A DNA stretch of 64,000 nt, taken from NCBI GenBank assembly GCA_963719085.1, contig CAVRAL010000004.1, positions 160,001 through 224,000 of the forward strand, written 5' to 3'. Position numbers and translations under genes: made by a program. The stretch comes from a candidate division FCPU426 bacterium (GTDB lineage: Bacteria > Oederibacteriota > Muellerivitia > Muellerivitales > Muellerivitaceae). The notes under the pieces were generated by a model. That model worked only from the letters and a program-made list of their open reading frames with translations. It did not search any database and was not told the origin of the DNA. How positions within the stretch are numbered: the first letter of the stretch is position 1; each line of letters opens with the position of its first letter. Of the stretch, positions 46,733 to 56,423 are shown piece by piece.

Positions 46733-46819
46733 TGAACACCGACCCATCGGACGGACGACGAAACCAGGCAAATGGCGAGAATAAACAAAAAGGCAAACGG
46801 GGTTTTTCGGCGGAGGTTC

Positions 46820-48352
46820 TTAATACTTTCGGCGTTGGGAGGCGGAAGGGATGCGCAATTCTTCCCGGTACTTGGCGATGGTACGCCGGGCGATAAAGAT
46901 GCCCTGGTCCTTCAAGAGCTGGGTTAATTTTTGGTCCGAATGGGGTTTTTGCGGCGCTTCTTGATCCACCAGTTCTTTTATTTTTTCCTTCACCGAAAGC
47001 GAGGACACATCAAGCCCGGCCTCCGATTCCAACCCGCTGGTGAAAAAATACTTGAGCTCAAAAAGCCCCCGGGGCGTTTGCACGTACTTGTGGGTGGTCA
47101 CCCGGCTCACGGTGGACTCATGCATCCCGATCATGTCCGCCACTTGTTTTAAGGTGAGGGGTTTCAGGCCGGTGAGGCCCAGTTCCAAGAAATCGCGCTG
47201 GATGCGGAAGATGGATTCAGTCACCCGGTAGATGGTCTTGCGGCGCTGCTCGATGTTTTTGATGAGCCACATGGCCGATTGGATTTTATTGTCCAGGAAA
47301 GCTTTGGTTTCCTTGGTCTTAACGGCGTTTTTATCCTTGAGCATCTTTCGGTAATAAGAGGAAATACGCAGCCGCGGCACCGGCTCGTCGTTCAAGACCA
47401 CCACATACTCCCCCTCGATTTTACGCACGCTCACGTCCGGGGTCACGTATTTGGTGTTATTTTCCTCGAAAGAGCGGCCTGGTTTGGGCTCCAGCGTGGC
47501 CACCAGCGCCAATATTTCGCGCAGTTCCTCGGCGGTAATTTCCAGTTTTTTTTGGATGACGGGAAAACGCCTTTTTTCCACATCCTCAAAATGCTCGGCC
47601 ACCACCCGGTAGGCCTTGCGGGCCAAGTCCCCGGTTTTATTTTCCAGTTGAAGGATGAGGCATTCTCGCAAATTGCGGGCCCCCACGCCCGGCGGGTCGA
47701 AGGTTTGGATGAGTTGGAGCACTTGTTCCATTTGCTGAAGCGTGACGCCCTGGGCCTTGGCCATTTCTTCCAGGGGATCGATCAAGTAGCCGTTCTCATC
47801 CAGGTTGCCGATGAGCGTTTTCCCGAGTTTTTTTTCGGCCTCGTCCTTGCCCGACATCAGCAGCTGCCATTCCAAATGCTCGGCCAAAGTGGTCTGACGG
47901 GTGATGGAGGCTTCCAGGAAATCGTGCTTTTCTTGGTCGTCCCCGCCGTTATTTTCCCCCTGGCCCCCGTAATACTCGCCGTATTCCTCGCCCTCGCCGT
48001 AAAGGGCCCAGGTTTCTTTAGTCATCCGGTCGCCGTCGCGCAATTGCTCGACGACGTCGGTTTGATGCCGCTCCTTCGCGCGCTCGTAATAAAGATCGCT
48101 TTCGGTGGGGGCTCCGCTGTCGTCCACTTCGGCGGGTCCGGCGATTTCGGCCTTTTCAGCCGCGGTGGCGCCTTCGCTGGGCTCTTCCTCTTCCAGAACG
48201 GGGTTTTCGACCATTTCTTTCTCGACCCAATCCTTCAATTCCAGGGTGGAAAGTTGGAGGATCTTCATGGCCTGCTGCAGCATGGGCGTCATCACCATGC
48301 GCTGCTGCATCTTTTGATTCATCCGGAATTCTTGGCGCATATTCCATGCCAT
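46820..48352 (-). CDS. rpoN: RNA polymerase sigma-54 factor
   Basis: Gln-rich region I (MTPMLQQAMKILQL), DPPGVGAR, MHESTVSR and the RpoN box ARRTIAKYR; start approximate. Confidence 0.97.
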   Translation of the reverse strand: MAWNMRQEFRMNQKMQQRMVMTPMLQQAMKILQLSTLELKDWVEKEMVENPVLEEEEPSEGATAAEKAEIAGPAEVDDSGAPTESDLYYERAKERHQTDVVEQLRDGDRMTKETWALYGEGEEYGEYYGGQGENNGGDDQEKHDFLEASITRQTTLAEHLEWQLLMSGKDEAEKKLGKTLIGNLDENGYLIDPLEEMAKAQGVTLQQMEQVLQLIQTFDPPGVGARNLRECLILQLENKTGDLARKAYRVVAEHFEDVEKRRFPVIQKKLEITAEELREILALVATLEPKPGRSFEENNTKYVTPDVSVRKIEGEYVVVLNDEPVPRLRISSYYRKMLKDKNAVKTKETKAFLDNKIQSAMWLIKNIEQRRKTIYRVTESIFRIQRDFLELGLTGLKPLTLKQVADMIGMHESTVSRVTTHKYVQTPRGLFELKYFFTSGLESEAGLDVSSLSVKEKIKELVDQEAPQKPHSDQKLTQLLKDQGIFIARRTIAKYREELRIPSASQRRKY

Positions 48353-48500
48353 CCAGCGCGTTTCTTCCCTCCGAGGGAAAAAGAGGCGCACAAGTTTGAT
48401 GCCAAAAAACAAACCTCAATCCACTGACTAAATTATACTCTTTTTCATTGGGGAAGTATCACTTTGGGAAAAAAGACAAGGCCTTTGAAAAGGGCCCGGA

Positions 48501-49733
48501 TCAAGGCTCATCCCAGGCTTTTAACTCAAACTTGGTTTTTTCCCACTGCCGGATCCAATAGTCCAAGTCGAAGGGCTGGGGAAATTCCAGCGATCCTGAG
48601 GGAAACTTTTGGCCGCCCTTAAAGACCCATTGGATGGTCCTGAAATTTTGAGCGTTCGCCATGGGGTCGTGTTGATAAATCACCAAATCGGCCCACTTCC
48701 CTTTTTCCAGGCTTCCCATCTTTTGTTCCATGCCTAAAACTTTGGCCGCTTCCAAGGTGGCCATCTTCAAGCATTGGGCCGCGGTGACGCCCACGCTTTG
48801 AAGGTCTTTCCATTCCCGGATCGACACGCCAAAGGGCATGTGGGGATTACCCGCGTCCGTGCCATAAACGATTTTTCCGCCCAGGGAAAGAAAACGCTCG
48901 GCGTTCTTCAGGCATTGCTGGTGCCCCAAATGAAACCCATGCTGGCAATGCTGTCCAAAAGGATGCTCGGAGCGGCGCTGCCATTCTTCCGCCCAACCCG
49001 CGTGCGCGTGCAGGGTGGGAACAATTTTAATTTTTCGCCGGATCGCTTCTTTCCAAAGGTCGTCCGAGATGGGCCGGGACGGCATATGGGCCACCTCGTC
49101 CACCTTGGCCGCCACGCAGGCCTCAAAATCCCGCTCATCCGTGATATGGGCCGTCACCTTTTTGCCCAAGTCATGGGCCGCCTCGACCACGGCGTCGACC
49201 TCGGTTTGGGAAAGGCAGGGTCCCAGCTCATGCTCCAAACCCAGCTTGATCAGGTCCATCCCCAACCCCGCTAACTGCTGGACTTTTTCCTGGGCTTGGT
49301 AACGGCCGGTCAAACGCAGCGCCAACTGGGGGCCCCAAACATTCTCCGGGTAGCCTTTGGGGCAGGTTAAAACCGGCCCGGAAGAAAAGATCCGGGGCGA
49401 GGCGATGAGTCCGGTTTGTTCCCGCGCTTTCCATTCGAGCGCGTGAAAAGGATCCGACGCCAAATCCCGGACGGCGGTCACGCCGTTATGAAGAAAGCTG
49501 GCCAGCGTGGTTTCGTTGATGAGGGCGTGCACATGCAGGTCGATGAGTCCGGGCAGGACGAAAAAATTCCGGCCGTCGATGACTTCCCCCGCCTCATACG
49601 CCGGCGCCTTCGCATGGGGGCCCACATAGTCCAGCGTCTCGCCGGTGATGAGCAGGGTGGCATCCGTCAGCACCTTTTCGGCGGCGCCGGTGTAGATCGT
49701 GGTTTTTTCAATGGCGGTGGATACCTTCAGCAT
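48501..49733 (-). CDS. Metal-dependent amidohydrolase family protein
   Basis: PGLIDLHVH, GVTAVRD, TAH, AH, GTDAG and GKWADLV motifs. Confidence 0.9.
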   Translation of the reverse strand: MLKVSTAIEKTTIYTGAAEKVLTDATLLITGETLDYVGPHAKAPAYEAGEVIDGRNFFVLPGLIDLHVHALINETTLASFLHNGVTAVRDLASDPFHALEWKAREQTGLIASPRIFSSGPVLTCPKGYPENVWGPQLALRLTGRYQAQEKVQQLAGLGMDLIKLGLEHELGPCLSQTEVDAVVEAAHDLGKKVTAHITDERDFEACVAAKVDEVAHMPSRPISDDLWKEAIRRKIKIVPTLHAHAGWAEEWQRRSEHPFGQHCQHGFHLGHQQCLKNAERFLSLGGKIVYGTDAGNPHMPFGVSIREWKDLQSVGVTAAQCLKMATLEAAKVLGMEQKMGSLEKGKWADLVIYQHDPMANAQNFRTIQWVFKGGQKFPSGSLEFPQPFDLDYWIRQWEKTKFELKAWDEP

Positions 49734-49761
49734 GGCTTTGATCTTTTCCCTTTTGTCCCGC

Positions 49762-50637
49762 TCATTTAAAAACTTGATTCAAGAGCCAGGCCAGCCGGAT
49801 GCCGGCCTTTTCCAATTGCCGGTCCACAATAAACCGCATGGCGCCGTTGCGATAGTCCCTCGGCAAGTCCGGCGCGTCCCAGCTTGAGCGGGCGGGTCCT
49901 TGGGGCAGTTCGGAGTAGATGTCGTTTTTGGCGATTAAGTAGCTTTCAAAAGCCCAATCCGCCGCTTCGCCCTTCTGCCACTGGGCCATGTCTTGCGGGC
50001 TGATCCGGCTTTCCAAACGGGCCGCCAAATCCCGGGGCACTTCAACGGGTTTTTCTTCAATCAGATGGTCCCAATAGCTGTGGAGCCGCACCCAGCGTCG
50101 GGCGCGGCCGTTAAAACTACGCTCCAAGACCAGGATTTTCTCGTTCCCACCCCGGTCCCCGTCATTGGCGCAATGGAGCGGTTGATGCAGGTCGCCCACA
50201 AAATGAATGAGGAACTTAAGCGCCTCGCGTTTTTTGTCCGGTGAGTCCTCGGGATTTTTGAGGACCGCCAAATCAAACTCAATTTGGCCGACCACGCAAT
50301 TGCCTTGAACGCAATAATCCGGGATGTCCGCCCGGGTGAGGTTTTTCCTCACATCCAGATCAATGTGGTGCCAATCGGCGGTTTCGGGTCTTTCTTGAAC
50401 GATGTCGTCGGCCCAGCTCGAGACCCAAGCCATGGTGTCGGGGGCCAAAAGCGCCCTCACCGCCCGGTCGGCCTTCGGGGTCAGGTGATCCTGGGCGATG
50501 TAAGCCACCGTGGCGTGCCCCACCGGTCCCCAGGCGCGGGTCGGCCGGGGAAAAGAAAAAAGAAACAAGACTAGGCAAAAATAAAAAAGCCCGGGGAAGC
50601 CCCAGGCTTTTTTATTTTTAAGCGCGATTAAAATCAG
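49762..50637 (-). CDS. S1/P1 nuclease family (Zn-dependent, phospholipase C-like fold) secreted enzyme; start uncertain
   Basis: Mature N-terminus [26 protein letters not shown] and LHSYWD motifs. No ATG lies before the signal peptide; candidate starts are CTG 50637 or TTG 50568. Confidence 0.88.
   Translation of the reverse strand: MILIALKNKKAWGFPGLFYFCLVLFLFSFPRPTRAWGPVGHATVAYIAQDHLTPKADRAVRALLAPDTMAWVSSWADDIVQERPETADWHHIDLDVRKNLTRADIPDYCVQGNCVVGQIEFDLAVLKNPEDSPDKKREALKFLIHFVGDLHQPLHCANDGDRGGNEKILVLERSFNGRARRWVRLHSYWDHLIEEKPVEVPRDLAARLESRISPQDMAQWQKGEAADWAFESYLIAKNDIYSELPQGPARSSWDAPDLPRDYRNGAMRFIVDRQLEKAGIRLAWLLNQVFK
50577..50619. terminator. Terminator-like hairpin after ino1, overlapping the S1/P1 signal-peptide codons
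   Basis: AAAATAAAAAAGCCCGGGG-AAG-CCCCAGGCTTTTTTATTTT. Confidence 0.7.
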
Positions 50638-51734
50638 GCTTTTACCTTTTCCCCCACCTTGCCGTGCTGGGCGATAAATTGGTCCACGAACTCTTTGGCT
50701 TCCGCGTCGGAGTATTGGACCGGCGGCGTCTTCATAAAATAAGACGAGGGGCCTTCCAAGGATCCGCCGATTCCCGCGTTCAAAGCCAGCTTGCAGCAGC
50801 GGATGGCGTCGATGGCCACGCCCGCGCTGTTCGGCGAGTCCCAAACTTCTAATTTCATCTCAATCGTGACCGGCACATTGCCGAATTCCCGGCCTTCCAA
50901 ACGGATGTGGGCCCATTTGCGGTCGTTCAACCAAGGCACGTAATCTGAAGGGCCGATATAGATATTTTCCGGGTCGATCGGGTGCGCCAGTTGGCTCACC
51001 ACCGCGCCGGTTTTGGATATTTTTTTGGACTCCAGGCGCTCGCGTTCCAGCATATTTTTAAAATCCATGTTGCCGCCGAAATTAAGCTGGGACGTGTGAT
51101 CCAGCACCACGCCCCGGTCGCTGAACAGTTTGGACAAGACCCGGTGGGTGATGGTCGCGCCGAGCTGGGCCTTGATGTCGTCGCCCACGATGGGAAGCCC
51201 CGCGTCCGCGAATTTTTTGGCCCAGGCGGGATTGGACGCGATAAAAACCGGCATACAATTCACCACGCCCACGCCGGCCTTGATGGCCTCGTTCATATAA
51301 AACTTAGTGGCTTCCTCACTGCCCACCGGCAGGTAATTGATCAGGATATCGGTCTTGGTTTCTTTTAATCGTTTGGCCACGTCCACGGGCTTCTCGGCCG
51401 ATTCCTTCACCACTTCCCGGTAATATTTGCCCAGGCCGTCCAAAGTATGGCCCCGGCTGACCTTCACATTTAAAGCCGGCACGTCGGAAAATTTGATCGT
51501 GTTGTTGATCGGCGCGAAGATCGCGGCGCCCAGGTCTTTGCCGACCTTGTTTTCATCCACATCAAAAGCGCAGGAAAACTCCAGGTCACTGACATGGTAT
51601 TTGCCCAAACGCGGATGCATCAGTCCCGGGATGAAACCGTCTTCTTCCGCGTCTTTGTAAAAAAAGACGCCTTGGATCAAGGAGGAAGCGCAGCATCCCA
51701 CGCCGACGATCGCCACCCGAATTTTCGATGCCAT
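50634..51734 (-). CDS. ino1: myo-inositol-1-phosphate synthase
   Basis: [43 protein letters not shown] and [12 protein letters not shown] 51734 after AGGAGG. Confidence 0.96.
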   Translation of the reverse strand: MASKIRVAIVGVGCCASSLIQGVFFYKDAEEDGFIPGLMHPRLGKYHVSDLEFSCAFDVDENKVGKDLGAAIFAPINNTIKFSDVPALNVKVSRGHTLDGLGKYYREVVKESAEKPVDVAKRLKETKTDILINYLPVGSEEATKFYMNEAIKAGVGVVNCMPVFIASNPAWAKKFADAGLPIVGDDIKAQLGATITHRVLSKLFSDRGVVLDHTSQLNFGGNMDFKNMLERERLESKKISKTGAVVSQLAHPIDPENIYIGPSDYVPWLNDRKWAHIRLEGREFGNVPVTIEMKLEVWDSPNSAGVAIDAIRCCKLALNAGIGGSLEGPSSYFMKTPPVQYSDAEAKEFVDQFIAQHGKVGEKVKA

Positions 51735-51760
51735 ACCCAGCCTCCTGAATATTAAACGCC

Positions 51761-52360
51761 TTATTTTCGCGTCTGCTTGAACACATGGTAAATTCTTTGG
51801 AAAACCGTGACCAGTGATAAAAGCGCCAAAATCCAAAGCATGGCCTTCGGCTGCCCCATCAAGAGACCGGCTCCCAAAATGAAAACCCGCACCGGCCGGG
51901 TCACCCAGCCTCCCTGGTTTTGAAGGCCCAACCCTTCCGCCCGGGCCCGGGTATAAGAAATGAGTTGGGATAAAAATCCCGTCCCAAAGGCCAAAGCCGT
52001 TCCCGCCGCGTCTTGCGCTCTCCCGTAATATAGTACAAAACCCAGAAAAACGAGGGCCTCCGAGATCCGGTCCATGGTGGAATCCCAAAAAGCCCCGAAA
52101 ACTCCCGGGCTTTTCAAGTGCCGGGCCAAGGCTCCGTCCAAAAGGTCGAACAGGCTGGCGGCGAAAAGCCAAAAGGCGGCCGCGACCCATTCTCCCTGCG
52201 CCAAGGTCAGGCAAACCGGGACGGAAAAAAGAACGCCCAGGAGGGTCAAAAAATCAGGCTTAACGCTTAGACGCGCCAGCCCCTTGAGAAGGGGCGCTAA
52301 TAAAAGATCTAAAATTTTTTTCAGCGACTGACGGGATGAGGCTGCGGATTTTTTTTTAAT
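51761..52360 (-). CDS. CDP-alcohol phosphatidyltransferase (phosphatidylinositol-phosphate synthase-like); probable ATT start
   Basis: DLLDGALAR...[13 protein letters not shown] signature, [11 protein letters not shown] and TVFQR; adjacent to ino1. The family N-terminal motif extends upstream of TTG 52249. Confidence 0.88.
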   Translation of the reverse strand: MKKKSAASSRQSLKKILDLLLAPLLKGLARLSVKPDFLTLLGVLFSVPVCLTLAQGEWVAAAFWLFAASLFDLLDGALARHLKSPGVFGAFWDSTMDRISEALVFLGFVLYYGRAQDAAGTALAFGTGFLSQLISYTRARAEGLGLQNQGGWVTRPVRVFILGAGLLMGQPKAMLWILALLSLVTVFQRIYHVFKQTRK

Positions 52361-52389
52361 GGCCGGCTCCTGGCGAAGGCTAGGGACGT

Positions 52390-53124
52390 TTACAGGGAAA
52401 AACGCTCGCCCAGGTAAATTTCACGGGCCTTTTTATTGGAAGCCAGTTTGGCGGCGGTTCCGGACAGCAGAATTTTTCCCTCAAACATGATATAGGCCCG
52501 GTCCACGATGGAAAGGGTTTCCCGCACATTGTGGTCGGTGATGAGCACCCCGATTTTTTTCTTTTTCAGATGGCGGATGATGTTTTGGATGTCCTGAACC
52601 GCGATGGGGTCGATCCCCACAAAGGGCTCATCCAGCAACATAAAAGCCGGATCGGTCGTGAGCGCGCGCGCGATCTCCACCCGGCGCCGCTCGCCTCCCG
52701 AAAGGGTATAGGCCTTTTGCTTGGCCAAGCGGGTCACATTGAATTCTTCCAGCAGGTTTTTCACTCGCTTTTTGCGCTCCAACGGCGTAAGGGGGGTCAA
52801 TTCCAGGATCGCCATCAAGTTTTCCTCAACGGTCAATTTGCGGAAAATGGAGGCTTCCTGGGGAAGATAACCGATCCCGAGCCTGGCCCTTTTGTACATG
52901 GGCATGTGGGTGACGTCTTGAAGCTGGCCGTCTTCCTCAAAATAAACATGGCCGGCTTCGGGCGCGATGAATCCCGTGGTCATGTAAAAAGTGGTGGTCT
53001 TGCCGGCGCCATTGGGTCCCAACAGCCCCACAATTTCCCCCTGTTTCACCTCAATGGAAACATGGTCGACGACCTTCTTTTTTCCGTAGCTCTTCACCAG
53101 CTCATGGGTCCGTAGGATTCGCAT
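52390..53124 (-). CDS. lptB: LPS export ABC transporter ATP-binding protein
   Basis: [38 protein letters not shown] and TDHNVRET motifs. Confidence 0.97.
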   Translation of the reverse strand: MRILRTHELVKSYGKKKVVDHVSIEVKQGEIVGLLGPNGAGKTTTFYMTTGFIAPEAGHVYFEEDGQLQDVTHMPMYKRARLGIGYLPQEASIFRKLTVEENLMAILELTPLTPLERKKRVKNLLEEFNVTRLAKQKAYTLSGGERRRVEIARALTTDPAFMLLDEPFVGIDPIAVQDIQNIIRHLKKKKIGVLITDHNVRETLSIVDRAYIMFEGKILLSGTAAKLASNKKAREIYLGERFSL

Positions 53125-53224
53125 CAAGCCCCTCAATCGGAATGGTTTCAGCGCCGCCCCAGCATACTGTAGGCCCCGGTCCCTTGAAACGAAATTTCGC
53201 AAGGGCCGGTTTATCCCAAAAAGG

Positions 53225-54184
53225 TTATAGACCCGGAATCGGAACCGGGACAGGGCCTCCCGCCGTTCCACTGGGGGCGGTTTTCACCGCGCCCATTTGC
53301 GCGCTCGAGCCGGCCGCGGGTCCTGAACCCGTTGCCGGACCGGAAGCGGCGTTGGTCGCCGTCCCCATCCCGGACGGGAGGGGCGAGGAAGTTCCCGCGC
53401 CGGGCGGCTTGGTCGGGACCGGCTGGGGCGAACTGTAAAATTCCGCCTCCGCCATCCCCTCCACAATCACTCGGTGGTCGCCGGAGAGGTTGGTGGTAAT
53501 GCGCCGGCCCGCGAGAACCCCTTGGGGCGTAAAAACCATGGGATTTTCCTCCAGAATCACTTGGTCGGTTTTGCCGTCATAGGTGGCCAACTGGGCTTCC
53601 GAGCGGCCCGTGTCATGGAGAATCTCCACATCCTGATGGGCCACCACTTTTTTCTGCTGGGTATAAAGCTCCATTTGGCGGCTGCGGATGGTCATGGGCA
53701 GCCCGTTTTCATCCAGGGTGTCGATCACCGGATGATCGTGGGCGGTGATCTGGTCCATCAAATCGTGATAGTCCAGGTTGCCGCAAGTCAGGTGCATATT
53801 TGATTTTAAGTCGTTGACCCGCACATGGCCCAAAGCCGTGGCCACACGGTTGTTGGAAGAGGCTTCCACTTGGTCGCTGTTGAGGATGACCTGGTCATGG
53901 GTCACCTTCACGGCGCCGTTAAAAAGCGTCAACCCATTCAGTTTGTCGAAACTCAATTGGTCGGAAGTAATGTTGACCGGCTTTTCGGGCGATATGGATT
54001 TAAGCCGGTCTCCATCCAGGAGGGCTTTCTCGGTCGCCGGAGCCGACCCGCCATTCGGGGCCGCGGGACTGGTCGGCCCCTGCTGGGCGCGGGCTTGGGA
54101 AAAAAACGCGAGAAAAATCCCGAGGGCCCACAGGCCCGATTGCCGGTTAAAAAGGTTTGGGTCGGTTAAAATTCTCGACTTCAT
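53225..54184 (-). CDS. lptA: LptA/OstA-like periplasmic LPS transport protein with a Pro/Ala/Gly/Thr-rich tail
   Basis: Signal peptide; PVNITSDQL...GAVKVT beta-jellyroll repeats; lies between lptC and lptB. Confidence 0.8.
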   Translation of the reverse strand: MKSRILTDPNLFNRQSGLWALGIFLAFFSQARAQQGPTSPAAPNGGSAPATEKALLDGDRLKSISPEKPVNITSDQLSFDKLNGLTLFNGAVKVTHDQVILNSDQVEASSNNRVATALGHVRVNDLKSNMHLTCGNLDYHDLMDQITAHDHPVIDTLDENGLPMTIRSRQMELYTQQKKVVAHQDVEILHDTGRSEAQLATYDGKTDQVILEENPMVFTPQGVLAGRRITTNLSGDHRVIVEGMAEAEFYSSPQPVPTKPPGAGTSSPLPSGMGTATNAASGPATGSGPAAGSSAQMGAVKTAPSGTAGGPVPVPIPGL

Positions 54185-54827
54185 TCGTATCCCTCAATTG
54201 AGTATGGACGTCCTTGGTGAACTGAATGTTATTGAGTTCGGTATCGGCCACCAGCCCCACCGCCGTGATATCGTCCGAGCCCTTAAAAACATGCACTTTC
54301 TCATCGGTGTGGATCATATCCGTGTCCGGATCCCAAGCCAGTTTTTCCGTTTCCAGCTTGGACCCATTTTCGGTGATGAGTTCCACGTGGCCCGAAACCA
54401 AGGTAGCGTTGGTCTCGGTATTGATGACCGCCTCATCCGCGGTCAAGTTGGAAACCATCCGGTTGTGTTTGTAATACTCGGCGAAAATATCATCCGTATC
54501 AGCTTGTTTCAGGTTTTGATAAAGTTTGGCGGTGGTGGCGTAAAGTTCCCAATGTTTTTCAGCCAACGCCGTTGAAATTAAATGGAATTTCTCAATCGTG
54601 GCGTCCGGGGAGGTCGCGTCTTGATTCGAATCCGCGAAGGCCGCCCGCTTTTCGCTGTTATGGCTCACCAACAAAAAGAGGACCCCAATCACCAGAACCG
54701 CGCCCCCCAAGATCCAGGCGTTCCTGCGGAAACGAAGCCGGACTAAAGTTTGATCCGGCGACTCCATCACGGCTTTCAATAATTTTTTTTTCGTTCTCGG
54801 CACAGCGGCTCCTTGAGTGTTGCCCAC
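54147..54827 (-). CDS. lptC: LPS export periplasmic protein LptC (start uncertain)
   Basis: Single TM helix; KHWELYA...GHV...LETEKLAWD...IHTDEKV...VGL; synteny. Confidence 0.82.
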   Translation of the reverse strand: MGNTQGAAVPRTKKKLLKAVMESPDQTLVRLRFRRNAWILGGAVLVIGVLFLLVSHNSEKRAAFADSNQDATSPDATIEKFHLISTALAEKHWELYATTAKLYQNLKQADTDDIFAEYYKHNRMVSNLTADEAVINTETNATLVSGHVELITENGSKLETEKLAWDPDTDMIHTDEKVHVFKGSDDITAVGLVADTELNNIQFTKDVHTQLRDTNEVENFNRPKPF

Positions 54828-54856
54828 TTTCTAGTAGTTAACAGGGCAACATGAGC

Positions 54857-54882
54857 CCCACCCACGCGTCAGCGTGGGTGGG
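54857..54882. repeat. GC-rich hairpin (REP-like)
   Basis: CCCACCCACGC-GTCA-GCGTGGGTGGG, a perfect 11-bp stem. Confidence 0.5.
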
Positions 54883-54936
54883 AAATGAAGTTAACCACCG
54901 GCTTCCAGTCCCATCTTCATCGTTTATCTATAATAA

Positions 54937-55851
54937 TTAAAACGCTTCATCCTCCGGCCGAGTTCTCCACCGGTTGTGCATCCAAACCCACTGGTCCGGA
55001 TAGGCCTTGACGTAAGACTCGATGGACTCAGTATAACGCCGGGTCATTTCCAAAATATTCTTTTCCGCGTCGGCGCCCGTGGGCTCCGGAATCGGCTTCT
55101 CCACGTGCATTTCATAAGCCCCCTCCACACCCCGAACCACATAAGCCGGAACCAAAGGCGCCCCGCTTTTAAGCGCGATTCGGGCCGTGCCGGACTGGGT
55201 CCAGGCCGCTTTCCCCAAAAAAGGGACAAAGACGCCGTCCTTTCCCGTGTCTTGGTCGCACAGAACCATGACGATTTGATTTTCTCGAAGCGCTTCCAAA
55301 ATACCCCGCAATGCCATGCCGCGTTTGATCATGGAAACCCCCAGCCTTTTTTCCCGGAATTCAGTAATGATTTTGTCGAACCGGGCGTCGTAAAGTTTTT
55401 GGGCCACCGCGGCGGTGGGATGGCGGCTCGCCAGCGCGGCGCCTAAAAGTTCCCAATTGCCCAAGTGAGCGGTGACCAAAAGGACGCCCTTTTTTTTCAG
55501 GAGGGCTTTTTCCAGATGCTCCCAGCCGCGAATCCGGGCGACTTGGGAGGCGATTTTGGCTTGGGGCCATTTCAGCCACCGCGCGGTCTCAAACACGTTT
55601 TGTCCCAGTCCGGTCCAAACCGCCAGGCCCAAGCGGTTCAGCGCCTGGTCATCCATACCCTTCGGGAAAGCGATTTTAAGATTTCGGAGTGTTTTACGCC
55701 GCTCGCCGCCGCCCAGGGTAAAGAAAAGGGCCCCAAAGGAGCGGCCCAAACGCCCGGCCAGCGCCCGGGGCGAAAGGGAAAGCGAAAACAAAAGCGCCCG
55801 GACGGCGTAATAAATGAGATGGTTTTTTATTTTTTGAAGGGGCCGGGCCAC
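54937..55851 (-). CDS. Lipid A biosynthesis acyltransferase (LpxL/HtrB family)
   Basis: TAHLGNWE, DQD, VFVPFLG and YPDQWVWMHNRW; located in the kds/lpt cluster. Confidence 0.9.
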   Translation of the reverse strand: MARPLQKIKNHLIYYAVRALLFSLSLSPRALAGRLGRSFGALFFTLGGGERRKTLRNLKIAFPKGMDDQALNRLGLAVWTGLGQNVFETARWLKWPQAKIASQVARIRGWEHLEKALLKKKGVLLVTAHLGNWELLGAALASRHPTAAVAQKLYDARFDKIITEFREKRLGVSMIKRGMALRGILEALRENQIVMVLCDQDTGKDGVFVPFLGKAAWTQSGTARIALKSGAPLVPAYVVRGVEGAYEMHVEKPIPEPTGADAEKNILEMTRRYTESIESYVKAYPDQWVWMHNRWRTRPEDEAF

Positions 55852-55865
55852 GAAACGCTCCTGGA

Positions 55866-56423
55866 TTAGTCCAGGCGGAAGGCGCCGGGAGGCTCAATAT
55901 TCATCGCGTGAAATTTTTTAACCGTCTTGTCCCACAAGCCTTGGGACTTGATCAACCGCTCCACGGCTTCGCGAAAAGCGCCCGAACCGCCGGCGGCCTG
56001 GGTCACCGCGTGGACGGCTTGCTTCACTTCCGGCCGGGCGTTTCGCGGCGCCACGGCCCAACCCACCTTTTGAAGCAAAGGGATGTCAATCAGATCGTCC
56101 CCTAAGTAAGCCACCTGGGCCAAGGACAAACCCCTCTCGCGGCAAACCGTTTGGGCCTTTTTCAGCTTGTCCAGCACGCCCAAATAAACCGGGGACACCC
56201 GGAGCTTTTTGGCGCGCTGGGCGGTCGATTCGGAATTGCGCCCCGAAAGCCATCCGACCGATAGTCCCGCGTATTCCGCCAACCGATGGCCGATCCCGTC
56301 CTGGATATCAAACCCCAGAAGCTCGACGTCTTTGCCCACATAAACAGTCCCGTTGGTCAGGCATCCATCCACATCGGTCAAAAATAATTGGATGGCCTTA
56401 AAATCCGGCTTTTGTTTTTTCAT
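55866..56423 (-). CDS. kdsC: KDO 8-phosphate phosphatase
   Basis: HAD motifs TDVDGCLT and YLGDDLID; GG.GAFRE. Confidence 0.93.
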   Translation of the reverse strand: MKKQKPDFKAIQLFLTDVDGCLTNGTVYVGKDVELLGFDIQDGIGHRLAEYAGLSVGWLSGRNSESTAQRAKKLRVSPVYLGVLDKLKKAQTVCRERGLSLAQVAYLGDDLIDIPLLQKVGWAVAPRNARPEVKQAVHAVTQAAGGSGAFREAVERLIKSQGLWDKTVKKFHAMNIEPPGAFRLD

